From Flavobacteriales bacterium (lineage in GTDB: Bacteria; Bacteroidota; Bacteroidia; Flavobacteriales_D; Sanyastnellaceae), in the NCBI GenBank assembly GCA_044239865.1, contig JBIIAO010000005.1, forward strand, positions 41,537 through 105,536: a stretch of 64,000 nt of DNA. The letters run 5' to 3'. A model generated the notes under the pieces. The model did not search any database. It was not told where the DNA came from and saw only the letters and a list, made by a program, of their open reading frames with translations. This document shows positions 37,461 to 47,500 of the stretch, piece by piece. The translations under genes and the position numbers were made by a program. Every line of letters begins with the position of its first letter. The stretch's first letter is position 1.

Positions 37461-40355
37461 TTATTTGATAATGATTGTCTTCGTCCAAAGGTTAGTGTCG
37501 TTTGAAACTTTACATACATAAGTTCCAACGGCCAACGAAGGCAATGAAATTTGATTCATTCCAGCGTTCAAATTTTCAGTGTGAACCAATTGTCCTTGTG
37601 CACTGTAAATATTCAAAATTGATTTTCCAGATTGAACAGGAACACCCACCCATAAGTTGTAAGATGCTGGGTTTGGATAAACACTCATGTCGTTGTTCGT
37701 CTCATCTTCAACACCAACCAAGCTCCATGTCGCCATGAACTCTTGAAGGTAAAGATTAGCAACGCGCGCATCGTGAACAACAACAGTGTTCTCGTCATTC
37801 GTGGTTTGTGCGGCACTGCTCCAGTTGTGACTTCCCGTAAGAACAGTTGGGTCTGAATCCAATGTGCTGTGATCGACAATGCAATACTTGTGGTGAAGGT
37901 CATATTGAATACCCTCATGCGAACGGATGTCTTGACCTGCGGCTTGCAAGTATGCAAATTCAGACGCGGGATCTGAAGTTTGTTCCATCATACCACGAAC
38001 CAACACCAAGAATAAATCATCTTCAGCTATGATAGCATCGGCAATATCTGCGCGTGTGAAAGCAAGAATGGCGTAATCTAAATTGGTGTCTGTCGTTTGC
38101 ATGGTCTTGATAATCGCACCGTTTGCATTGTCAGTTGGAGAGAAATAACTTTCAACTTTAATATCGTCTGGACCCATGACATATTGCAACGGAGTGTTGT
38201 TCGTTTTGCTTGCGCCAAATACGCCATTCGGATTTCCCGGTTGTGCACCAGAACCGCCCCACATTTCTTCGAATTCTAAACGATATCCGCGAGCAATACT
38301 TTGATCTTGGAAAATAATTATATTGTTGAAATCGGTAGACATGTTGTTGTCTGTCCAGTTGGTAGACCCTGTAAACACCCATGAATTCGCAGTTGAATCT
38401 GGATCAACAACAATAAATTTATTGTGCATGATACCTGTGCCAGAAGTATTAATTCTTTCAACAACTGGAATATTCGGATTCAAAAGAGACAGACCCAATT
38501 GAGCAGTAGAACCATCGGAAACAATTCTCACTTGCACACCAGCGTTGTATCTGTTGTTGATTGCATTAGCAATAGTTGCGTCGTCTGTGAAGTTGTAAAT
38601 TGCAATATCAACGGCTTGTTGAGCGCGAAGAATGTATGCCGCAATGGTATCGTTTGTTAAAGTGCCCAACGATATTGCGTTTTCGATAGTTGCATAACTG
38701 TTATCTACTTGACGCGTGAAATAAGTACGGATTTCTCCTGAACTTAAGCTTTTGGTTGCGTACGGACGAACAGTGCTTGTGCTAGAACCATCAACGTTTG
38801 AAGAGGTTACAGATGCGTAGTAAATTGTTCCAGGCTGTAAGCCAGAGATATTCACAACGTGATTCGTTACGCTCTCATTTACATAAACGGTTTGTCCTAA
38901 AGATGTGGTTAAACCGTAGTTCACTTCGCTGTCTCCAGTATTATTGGTTGCCCAATTAAGGTCGAAAGATGAAGTGGTGATGTTGGTTTGAGTAACAGCG
39001 CCAATGATTGCAACTCCCGGAGGAAGAATGAAATCATTTTCATCACGTGGTAATATTTGATAACCAGCATCGAAAGGAGCAGTAGCGTCGAATTGAGAAA
39101 CAATTCCAACAAGCGTAATAGCGCTTGCAGGTAGATTCGTTCCAACCAAAACGCTTCCAGCACGAATGTATATAACACCCGATTGTCCGTTAGCCAAATA
39201 GCTGTATGTAGAGTTTGCTGAGATGACAGATCCTGCCAAATCGAAAACTACATTATCCACGGTTACTAATTCACCTTCGTAAGCTTCAGCAATCATGTTT
39301 GGAGTAACCAATTGATTTGTAGGAAGCGTATTGTTTGAAGAGTTAACAGTCACAGCTGTTAGGGTTGGTCCTATTTCGAGTAGTCCGTTGAATTCGGTTA
39401 TTACGCCTGAAACGGTAACGAGGTCACCACGTAATGGAGCGGCAGGCCAAGAAGCCCAATCAACTCCAGGATAAATAGCAATACCCGCCTGGCTGTCTTG
39501 AATGTAACGCACAGAGCTACCCATTTCAGTGCCGTTAGTAACGATACCAGTTACGCTTACAGCTGCTCCAACTCCTGCAATACGAGCGGCCGATATGGTG
39601 CCTCCAGCAATTGGAGTTCCTATGCAGTCACAATTGTTATCGTAAGTGTCACCGGTTGTAGTTGCAATGTTATCATTACAAGCATCACCAGGAAATGCAC
39701 AAGAACCATTGTCGGTAATGGCAAGCGCGTTATAGTTACACGCTGTGTTGTCCATGCAGCCAGCAATTGTTCCGCTGTTCGAAGCACCTGGCGTTGGCAA
39801 TTGAGCAACGTAGGCAGCAGTATTGAATGCTGCTCCACCATCAGGAAGGCGTGATGAAGAATTGTTCAAGGTTGGCGTTGCAGCTGTTTCGTCAGCCTGC
39901 GGTTGGCCAGGAGTAAGAACAGTTAATAGATTGGTAGCGTCGGCATCTGCTGTTCCGTATACCAAAGCATCTACTAATCCAGTTGCGCTTACAGCAGTAC
40001 CATTGGGCCAAGCTGCAACCGTAGCGGTATATATTGCAATGCCGTCTGCACCGTTTTGCAATGTGTTTCCTGTGAATGTGATATTCACATTAGCAACCCC
40101 TGCGTTTCCGATAACGAAATAACCTGAAGCAGGAATGACGTTTCCAGATAGGTCAACTGCTTTGTAAGAAGTGGCAGCTGCTCCATTGAACCAAACCATA
40201 ACCATTCCGTTCAAGGATTGTCCTGGAGCACCATACAATTCAATGAATTCGGCAGCGTCGGTTCCAACTTGATCGGCATCAACTTCGTTAATAACAACCT
40301 GTGCTTGTGAAGCTCCGAATAGAAGCGCTAACAAGAGTGTGTAGATGTATTTCAT
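37461..40355 (-). CDS. Secreted LTD / OB-like / FN3 / two-HKD phospholipase-D-superfamily protein with T9SS type A sorting domain (candidate extracellular nuclease or phosphodiesterase)
   Basis: Signal peptide, then an LTD (VVINEVDADQVGTDAAEFIELYG). An FN3-like segment follows (LQPGTIYYASVTSS). There are two HKD motifs (MHNKFIVVD...GSTNWT and HHKYCIVDH...GSHNWS). The C-terminus is VYPNPASYNL...TIIIK. Confidence 0.82.
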   Translation of the reverse strand: MKYIYTLLLALLFGASQAQVVINEVDADQVGTDAAEFIELYGAPGQSLNGMVMVWFNGAAATSYKAVDLSGNVIPASGYFVIGNAGVANVNITFTGNTLQNGADGIAIYTATVAAWPNGTAVSATGLVDALVYGTADADATNLLTVLTPGQPQADETAATPTLNNSSSRLPDGGAAFNTAAYVAQLPTPGASNSGTIAGCMDNTACNYNALAITDNGSCAFPGDACNDNIATTTGDTYDNNCDCIGTPIAGGTISAARIAGVGAAVSVTGIVTNGTEMGSSVRYIQDSQAGIAIYPGVDWASWPAAPLRGDLVTVSGVITEFNGLLEIGPTLTAVTVNSSNNTLPTNQLVTPNMIAEAYEGELVTVDNVVFDLAGSVISANSTYSYLANGQSGVIYIRAGSVLVGTNLPASAITLVGIVSQFDATAPFDAGYQILPRDENDFILPPGVAIIGAVTQTNITTSSFDLNWATNNTGDSEVNYGLTTSLGQTVYVNESVTNHVVNISGLQPGTIYYASVTSSNVDGSSTSTVRPYATKSLSSGEIRTYFTRQVDNSYATIENAISLGTLTNDTIAAYILRAQQAVDIAIYNFTDDATIANAINNRYNAGVQVRIVSDGSTAQLGLSLLNPNIPVVERINTSGTGIMHNKFIVVDPDSTANSWVFTGSTNWTDNNMSTDFNNIIIFQDQSIARGYRLEFEEMWGGSGAQPGNPNGVFGASKTNNTPLQYVMGPDDIKVESYFSPTDNANGAIIKTMQTTDTNLDYAILAFTRADIADAIIAEDDLFLVLVRGMMEQTSDPASEFAYLQAAGQDIRSHEGIQYDLHHKYCIVDHSTLDSDPTVLTGSHNWSSAAQTTNDENTVVVHDARVANLYLQEFMATWSLVGVEDETNNDMSVYPNPASYNLWVGVPVQSGKSILNIYSAQGQLVHTENLNAGMNQISLPSLAVGTYVCKVSNDTNLWTKTIIIK

Positions 40356-40397
40356 TTTTCTTTCTATTGTTCTTTTTAATTTTTCTAGAATGCCTGA

Positions 40398-43274
40398 TTA
40401 GAATGTGGCCGATAAAGATACGTTGAACCATCTTCCTTGACCAAAGAAAACTCCGGCTGAAGAGGAATCAAAGTTAAAAGCCTTGTTGTTGTACAATGCA
40501 TTTAAGTCGTTGTTTCTTGCATCTGTAATAAATACACTATTCAGTACATTGAAAACACTTCCTCTCAAATCCCAACGTACTCCATTAATCTCTTTGCCAT
40601 AACCAGCATGAAATTCCAACGTGCCATAGGCAGGGATTCTCCAAGACTCTCTTCCAGCATTGTCACCATTTAATTCAAAGGGGTTCATATCAGAAAAATA
40701 GCGATCGAACCAAGTATATCTGGTCTTCGCATAAGCCCCATTTTTCCATTCATAACGAAGCATAGCACCTAATTGTGTTTGAGCAGCATCACTCACGTGA
40801 ACACCATTCGCATCGTAAGTCACACTGTACTGCTCACTATCAGGATTTCCGGGATCTGAGTATACCGGATTTCCATTGTCATCAAAAATGAAAATTGTAT
40901 CGGAAGAAGTCCATATCCAATCACCAAATGAAGCCAAACCTTCGAAGGTGATACGGTCATTTATTTTATAAGCAAAATCGAGTTCAGCGCCTTGGTGACG
41001 TGCATTCATTCCACGAATATTTACGGTGATGTTCGAAGTTGGATCTTGTGGGTCAGGAACCGAGAGTCCATACGGGAATGGCTTGTTTTTCCAGGTGGTG
41101 TGATACAGATTTACGTTGAATGAAAACTTCTTCGATTTGTAGTTCCAACCGTTTTCAAAGCTCGAAATAATTTCATTTTCGATTGTTTTAAATCGTTCAT
41201 TTGCATTCGTATAGATTTGACTAAAAAGGGGAGCCTTATTCAAGTAACCGGCATTAACGAAAACAGCCAAATTCCGAGAAATATTATATTTCACACCTGA
41301 TTTTAATGTCACCGTTGGCCTATAATACCAACCAGTACTTTGAAATTTTGAACCAGCCATGTTGCTTGTTAAAGTTTGGCCACGTACAATTGTTGTGTCT
41401 GAAACAAGTGCAATTGCATTGTTAACATATGAAAATCCTACAGGGATTTCTACTCCATTAATTTCATATACTTTAGGTCGGAAATAATCAACGCGCTTGT
41501 AACCAGTAATTGCTGCAGAAACACTTAAAAAGGCAGAAATTTTATCATCTTGGTATTCGACTTGTCGAAACAATCCCCCCCAACGTATAAAGGCGTCGTT
41601 ATTATAGTCTATCGTATCTCCTTCTCGTTTGACTAAATTCGGATCGTTGTAGTTGATTGAAGTACGAGCGATAATATAATCTGAGCCCATAAGGTCAATA
41701 ATTTTTCTATAGTGCGACCCTTTATATGATCTGAGGTCAAAACCCTCTGCGTAACTCCACTTGTCATTGATTTTTTTATTAAAAGTACAAAGTACACCGT
41801 ACCATGAGTGTTCGTTCATACTAGCCTTAATGTAATTGGAAACAGCATAGCGTTCAGTAGGACTCACGAGCGTATTTATGTTGTAATCAGGTCCTGAAAA
41901 CAAAGGTGGTTTTGCACCTGCATTCGCGTCGTAGAAGGCTTGCATATTTACAGTTCCATCGGATAAATAATCGTTGGCTGTAATGTTGTTGTTCCAACGT
42001 GTTCCGCCACCTCTTCCGAAAGAAGCGTAGGCTACTGTGCTAATGAATGTTTTTTCATCAATGGTCCAAACATCTTTAAACGAGAATTGAGGCTTGTGAT
42101 AAAAATTCTTGCGGCCATTGAATTGCTCTTCAGCTTGAATATTTGTGCGTTGTCCGTTTACAAAATCATAGCGAGTTAAATTACCAACATCAGGGTTGTA
42201 ATTGATACCACCGTTAAAAATCGATACTTCAGTATTTGGATTCGGATTGTATGTTGAAGGGGCTCCAACGGCAGAGGCCGTTTCGGCACTATAGAGTGCA
42301 ATGGCTTCAGATCTTAAACGCTGACCGTGTTCTTGAGGAGCGCCCAATCCGTATAAACTCAAATGGTGATTACCTGCAATTTTTTCAATTTTTCCGTAAT
42401 AGAAAAATCCTCTGGTGAATGTTCCATCCACCCATCCACTCCCTGTTTTGAAAGATGTGGCCATCGAAAATGCCCACCCTTTTTTAGATTTTCCAGAGTT
42501 GTAGGCGAATGAAGTTCTTGAGAAAGCACCGTATGCGTATTCTTGACGCAGACGAACACTTCTCTTCGCATCGATTCCGCGCGTAATAATATTCATAGTA
42601 CCACCAACAGCTGGAATAACAAGCTTTGAAGCCCCAAGTCCACGCTGAATTTGTGTGGTTTGCGTAGCAAGATCTAATCCGAACCAGTTGCTCCAATAGA
42701 CGGTTCCGTTTTCCATATCGTTCACTGGAACGCCGTCCAACATTACAGCAACGTTATTTCCAGAAAAGCCGCGAATGGTTACACGTGCGTCACCATCTCC
42801 ACCACCTGCGCGAGTTGCGTATGTCCCGGGTGTGGTGTTTGCGAGCGTGGCCATTTCTCTTCCCGCTAATTCTTCTTCAATACGTTTCAATCCGATGTTT
42901 GAGAAAGCTACAGGAACAGTTCTTCCAACCGCTAAATCGGATGAAATGACCACTTCTTTTTGAAGGGTTTGAATGAGGTCGAAATCGATTGAATATTCTT
43001 TTTTCGTGATGGAAATATTCTTCTTCACCTCTTCGTATCCAACTGCGGTAATAATGAATTCATATTCACCGTATGGAAGTTTAATGTTGAATTTTCCTGA
43101 TGGATCAACTGATATTCCTTTCTCCTTATTCGCCCACAAGACGAAAGCGGAAGGAAGAGTTTCTCCTGAAAGTCCATCACGAACAGTACCACTTAAAATT
43201 CCTTCTTGAGCACTGGAAATAAGACTCAATGAAAGAAGTGGAAGAAGTAAAAAGAATGATTTTAAAATTCTCAT
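40398..43274 (-). CDS. TonB-dependent receptor with N-terminal carboxypeptidase-regulatory-like domain
   Basis: Signal peptide, GILSGTVRDGLSGETLPSAFV, a plug block (VAVMLDGVPVNDMENG), a long barrel and a terminal Phe. I placed the start at the ATG at 43274 (MRILKSFF). Confidence 0.9.
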   Translation of the reverse strand: MRILKSFFLLLPLLSLSLISSAQEGILSGTVRDGLSGETLPSAFVLWANKEKGISVDPSGKFNIKLPYGEYEFIITAVGYEEVKKNISITKKEYSIDFDLIQTLQKEVVISSDLAVGRTVPVAFSNIGLKRIEEELAGREMATLANTTPGTYATRAGGGDGDARVTIRGFSGNNVAVMLDGVPVNDMENGTVYWSNWFGLDLATQTTQIQRGLGASKLVIPAVGGTMNIITRGIDAKRSVRLRQEYAYGAFSRTSFAYNSGKSKKGWAFSMATSFKTGSGWVDGTFTRGFFYYGKIEKIAGNHHLSLYGLGAPQEHGQRLRSEAIALYSAETASAVGAPSTYNPNPNTEVSIFNGGINYNPDVGNLTRYDFVNGQRTNIQAEEQFNGRKNFYHKPQFSFKDVWTIDEKTFISTVAYASFGRGGGTRWNNNITANDYLSDGTVNMQAFYDANAGAKPPLFSGPDYNINTLVSPTERYAVSNYIKASMNEHSWYGVLCTFNKKINDKWSYAEGFDLRSYKGSHYRKIIDLMGSDYIIARTSINYNDPNLVKREGDTIDYNNDAFIRWGGLFRQVEYQDDKISAFLSVSAAITGYKRVDYFRPKVYEINGVEIPVGFSYVNNAIALVSDTTIVRGQTLTSNMAGSKFQSTGWYYRPTVTLKSGVKYNISRNLAVFVNAGYLNKAPLFSQIYTNANERFKTIENEIISSFENGWNYKSKKFSFNVNLYHTTWKNKPFPYGLSVPDPQDPTSNITVNIRGMNARHQGAELDFAYKINDRITFEGLASFGDWIWTSSDTIFIFDDNGNPVYSDPGNPDSEQYSVTYDANGVHVSDAAQTQLGAMLRYEWKNGAYAKTRYTWFDRYFSDMNPFELNGDNAGRESWRIPAYGTLEFHAGYGKEINGVRWDLRGSVFNVLNSVFITDARNNDLNALYNNKAFNFDSSSAGVFFGQGRWFNVSLSATF

Positions 43275-43306
43275 TAGATTGAAGCTAAGGTTAAACAATT
43301 GCCGAT

Positions 43307-43340
43307 AAAAAAGGGGCTTTACCGAAGTGAGCCCCTTTTT
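43307..43340 (-). terminator. Rho-independent terminator after the small LTD gene
   Basis: Stem AAAAAGGGGCT / AGCCCCTTTTT, flanked by A and T runs. Confidence 0.6.
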
Positions 43341-43358
43341 ATTTGAATAAAGAAAATA

Positions 43359-44282
43359 TTATTTGATGAAGTTTTGACGATTGATGGTTCCGTTTTCGGA
43401 AATCACTTCTACCGTGTAAGCTCCTTTTGATAGATTCGAAGTTTGAATGCGAGTCATGTGATCTAAGATTGTTCCGTTCGCGAATACAACACGACCCGTG
43501 TTGTCATAGATACGAATTGAACGAATAATGTTTGGAGAAACGACGTTCAAAATATCTCCTGTTACTGGATTAGGATAAATTGAAATTGAACGTTCAACAT
43601 TTTCAGTAACGCTTACATTGCAATCGCATGTGTGTGCACCTAGGAAAGTGAATGTGTTAGCTGGCAAGGTGTCGTACTGAGCAAAAACATCGAACGAAGA
43701 TGGATTCATTGTAATTCCAGAAGTTACGGTAGACTTTCTGATTTGAGTGTGGTCTGTAGTTGCGTAGAGCGTTGCTCCTGTTTCGTCAGTTCCATATGCA
43801 CTCCATCCTCCAAAGCCAGTTCCTTCTCCAATTCTGCCGTAAAGGTCAATCAACGTTTGACCGTTGTTTGAAACAATTGCAATAGCGTCGTTTCCGTTGA
43901 AATACATTGGCCAAACACCGTTGTCATATGTTGGGTTAATAAATACATCTGCAGCTGCAGCTAAATCATCCCATACCGGTGCCTCGAGGCCCGTGCCTGC
44001 CTGATCTTGCTTGTCAAGAACAACTACAATAACATCGTTTGCTGCAATTGAATAACCGTCTAGCATAGCAATGCTGCCATATGACGTACTTCCGTTTGAA
44101 AAACGAACCAAGCCTATTCCGTTAAGATTAACAGTATTTGCGGTAGGGTTATAAATTTCAACCGCTTTGTTGTTGCTCCAACCTTCAATAACTTCAGAGA
44201 TGAAGATTTGATTGCATTGCGCTTGAGCCGTAAACAAGGCTAAAAAAGAAAAAGAGAGAAGTAAAAGTTTTTTCATTACCAT
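43359..44282 (-). CDS. Secreted LTD protein with T9SS type A sorting domain
   Basis: Signal peptide (MVMKKLLLLSFSFLALFTAQAQ), an LTD (QIFISEVIEGWSNNKAVEIYNPTANTVNLNG), and a C-terminal SIYPNPVTGDILNVV...FIK. The track TTG start at 44297 lies inside the -7 box, so I used the first ATG, at 44282. Confidence 0.8.
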   Translation of the reverse strand: MVMKKLLLLSFSFLALFTAQAQCNQIFISEVIEGWSNNKAVEIYNPTANTVNLNGIGLVRFSNGSTSYGSIAMLDGYSIAANDVIVVVLDKQDQAGTGLEAPVWDDLAAAADVFINPTYDNGVWPMYFNGNDAIAIVSNNGQTLIDLYGRIGEGTGFGGWSAYGTDETGATLYATTDHTQIRKSTVTSGITMNPSSFDVFAQYDTLPANTFTFLGAHTCDCNVSVTENVERSISIYPNPVTGDILNVVSPNIIRSIRIYDNTGRVVFANGTILDHMTRIQTSNLSKGAYTVEVISENGTINRQNFIK

Positions 44283-44294
44283 TTTATTTTGAGG

Positions 44295-44302
44295 CAAATA
44301 TA
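44295..44302 (-). promoter_or_regulatory. Candidate -7 promoter box (TATATTTG) for the small LTD gene
   Basis: The minus strand reads TATATTTG, 12 nt upstream of the ATG at 44282. Confidence 0.4.
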
Positions 44303-44511
44303 TTCTACAATTGGTTATCCTAGTCCGTCCAATGTGAAATGAATGTTAAAAGTGTCATGCACCTTTTTATGGAGTTTCTTGGTCTTTATTTTACGAAAGC
44401 TATTTACGAACGTTATCACCTGAACAATTTTCCTTTTCTGCAAGCGGAAAAGGGCATTGTTTGAGCGGTTATTTAGTAAATTGCACCTTAATAGTACTGA
44501 AAAATAAAACG

Positions 44512-47500
44512 ATGCGTTTCTTTATTCGCCTTTTTGCAATTGCAACAATCTTTTTATTGGCCTCTTCCGCCAATGCCAATCACGTCTTAGGTGGCAATCT
44601 CACTTGGGATTGCCTTGGGGGTAATCAGTATCAGATTACAATGAGAATCTACAAGGATTGTTTCGGCGCGAGCCCTGCTTTGTCTGCTGAGAACTTATTT
44701 GTTTTTCCAACAGGATGTACTCTGAATCCACAAAATATTACGCTGAATCTGATTAGTACGACTGAGATTTCGAATTTGTGCGCGAGTGAATTGCCAAGTA
44801 GCTCATGCGTAGGTGGCTTGTCTCCCGGCACGCAACTATTGACTTATCAAGCTACGGTAACACTCACCCCGGGATGCACGTGGGAAGTCATTTGGAATGA
44901 GGGAGATTGGAATTACTTCAACAACATTAATTACAGCACACTTCCAGACGCCTACTTAGATGCGCTAATCAACACAAATTACTGCGCAGATTCTCCAGTG
45001 ATTACCTCTATTCAAGTGCCATACGTCTGCAGAAACAATGGTACATTTGTTCATACGCCAACCGTAACTTTACCAGCTGGTGTTACCGCTTCATATACGC
45101 TTTCAACGCCACAAACAACAGGAGCTTCATTAGATGTGGGAATCAATGTTCCGGGATACGTTAATACCTTGGGAGCAACAGTAAACGCAACTACCGGTGC
45201 TGTTTCAATAAATACAAATGGAATTGCGGTTGGAAACTATATCGTTACTGTTCAAATTACCCTAACACAGGGAGGCAATGCAGTAGGCACGTTGTATGAG
45301 AACATGGTTTTTGTAATTCGCGATTGTGCAATTACGCCTACAACCTTTGCCAATCCAGAAATTCAGAGCATTAATATCCCCGCGAATCTTGCTGGTCCGG
45401 CAACCATAAATGCCTGCTCGGGTGATAGTGTATGCTTTACAGTTTCGGCTTCGAACACAAACCTCTATCGGGCAATAACAATTACATCGACTTGGAGCGC
45501 AGGTTTAAACGCCGGCACTCCCGTTTTCGCTCAAAGCACGGTAAATTACAATCCGGCTTCTGCCACATTCTGTTTTACAGCTCAACCCTCAATGGTTGGA
45601 GTAGCACAAACAATAAATTTTAATGCAATAGATAATGCCTGTACCGCTCCGCAATCAGATGCTCAAGTGGTTACAGTTAACGTTTTTCCGAGTGTAACTC
45701 TGAATCCAACTACTGCCACAATTTGCAATAACGCTGCGGTAACTGTCACTGCTTCGGGCGGTACAACATACACATGGTCTGTTTTAAGCGGAGACGCAAC
45801 TCCTGGATTCGATGGCAACGCAGCAGTTCAGGTTTTAGAAAGTATTTCAGGAAATACCGTAATTATGGTTTCCATGCCGGGTGTGCCTGTGCAGTGCAAT
45901 GCTACAGATACATTAACCGTTACTGTTCCTGATTTTACCCTTCAACCTTTGACAACCCAGAGTATGTGTGTGGGCGGAACGGTTACCCCGCTAACCTTCA
46001 CATTGGTTGGCGTTACTGGAACACCTACTTACCAGTGGTATAGCAATGCAACAAACTCAAATACTGGAGGAACGGCAATAGCAGGAGCAACAGCTATTAC
46101 TTATACTCCTTCGAGTGCCACAGCTGGAACAACCTATTACTATTGTTTAGTGACTCTAACCTCGGCTAGCTGCCCGGACATTACAACCAATACTGCAGAA
46201 GTTATTGTTGTTGCAGATCCAACTATTACTACTCAACCTCTAGCTACTCAGAATATTTGTATTGGAGGAACTGGTACATTGAGTGTTATCTATTCAAACG
46301 GATTAGGAAATGCAACTTACCAATGGTATTCAAATACAACGAATAGCAATACTGGGGGTTCGATCATTGCAGGCGCAACGAGCTCTACCTATACCACCCC
46401 TGTTTTAAACACAGCGGGCACAAGAAATTACTATTGCATAGTTACTTTGAGTGGCTCGGGATGTGGCACTGCAATATCTGCAGTTGGTCAAGTCATTGTT
46501 GGAGTGGACCCCACAATTTCAACCCAACCTTTAACGACTCAATCTATTTGCGTAAGCGGAACACCTGCAGCCATTTCAGTGGCTTATATAAACGGATCTG
46601 GAACGCCAGCTTATCAATGGTATTCGAACACCACAACGAGCACTACAACAGGAACAGCAATTCCGGGAGCGACTTCGGCGACTTATACGTTCTCTCAAAT
46701 GAACACGCCCGGTACTTTCTACTATTACTGTGTAATAACGTTAAGCGGATCCGGATGTAATGTCATTACTTCAGCTACTTCACAAGTGATAGTTGTTGCC
46801 GATGCCACAATTGCAACGCAACCACAAGCCTCTCAAACCGTTTGTTTGAATGGTATTCCGAATGCACTAACGGTTACAGTTAATAATGGATTAGGAACCA
46901 TCTCCTACCAATGGTATTGCACCACAGCGAACAATAATTTCTCTGGATCAGCTTTAGCTGGTGCAACCTCACCGACATTTATTCCTCCGACTAACGTTGT
47001 GGGAACTCGTTATTACTACTGCAGGGTAAACGTGGCAAGTTTGACTTGCGGAGTTATTTTCGTTGTTACTTCAGGAACAGGAGCCATAATCGTTGTGCCA
47101 CTTCCGACAGTAAACACACAGCCAACCCCAACTCAAAGCATTTGTATTGGAGGAACTCCGAATGCCCTTACAATGGGTTACACCGGAGGAACGGGTACTG
47201 CGAGTTATCAGTGGTATAGCAATGCGACAAACAGCAATACGGGCGGCACTGCTATAGCAGGTGCAACCACCAATTCGTACACTCCACCAGGAGCAACAAT
47301 TGGAACTTCTTACTATTATGGTGTTGTTACTTTAACAGGTTTAGGATGCGGAAGTGTTGCGAGCAATGTGGCTACTGTCAATGTTATTGCCGACCCATTA
47401 ATAACCACGCAGCCAACTGCATTACAAACTCTTTGCGTAGGTGGAATTCCTTCCTCCCTCACAACGGCATATTCAGGTGGAACGGGAACAGCTTCTTATC

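Noticed and set aside
40398-43274. Classical SusC/SusD polysaccharide utilisation locus
   Set aside because: No SusD-like lipoprotein gene follows the receptor. The neighbours are LTD and PLD proteins instead.
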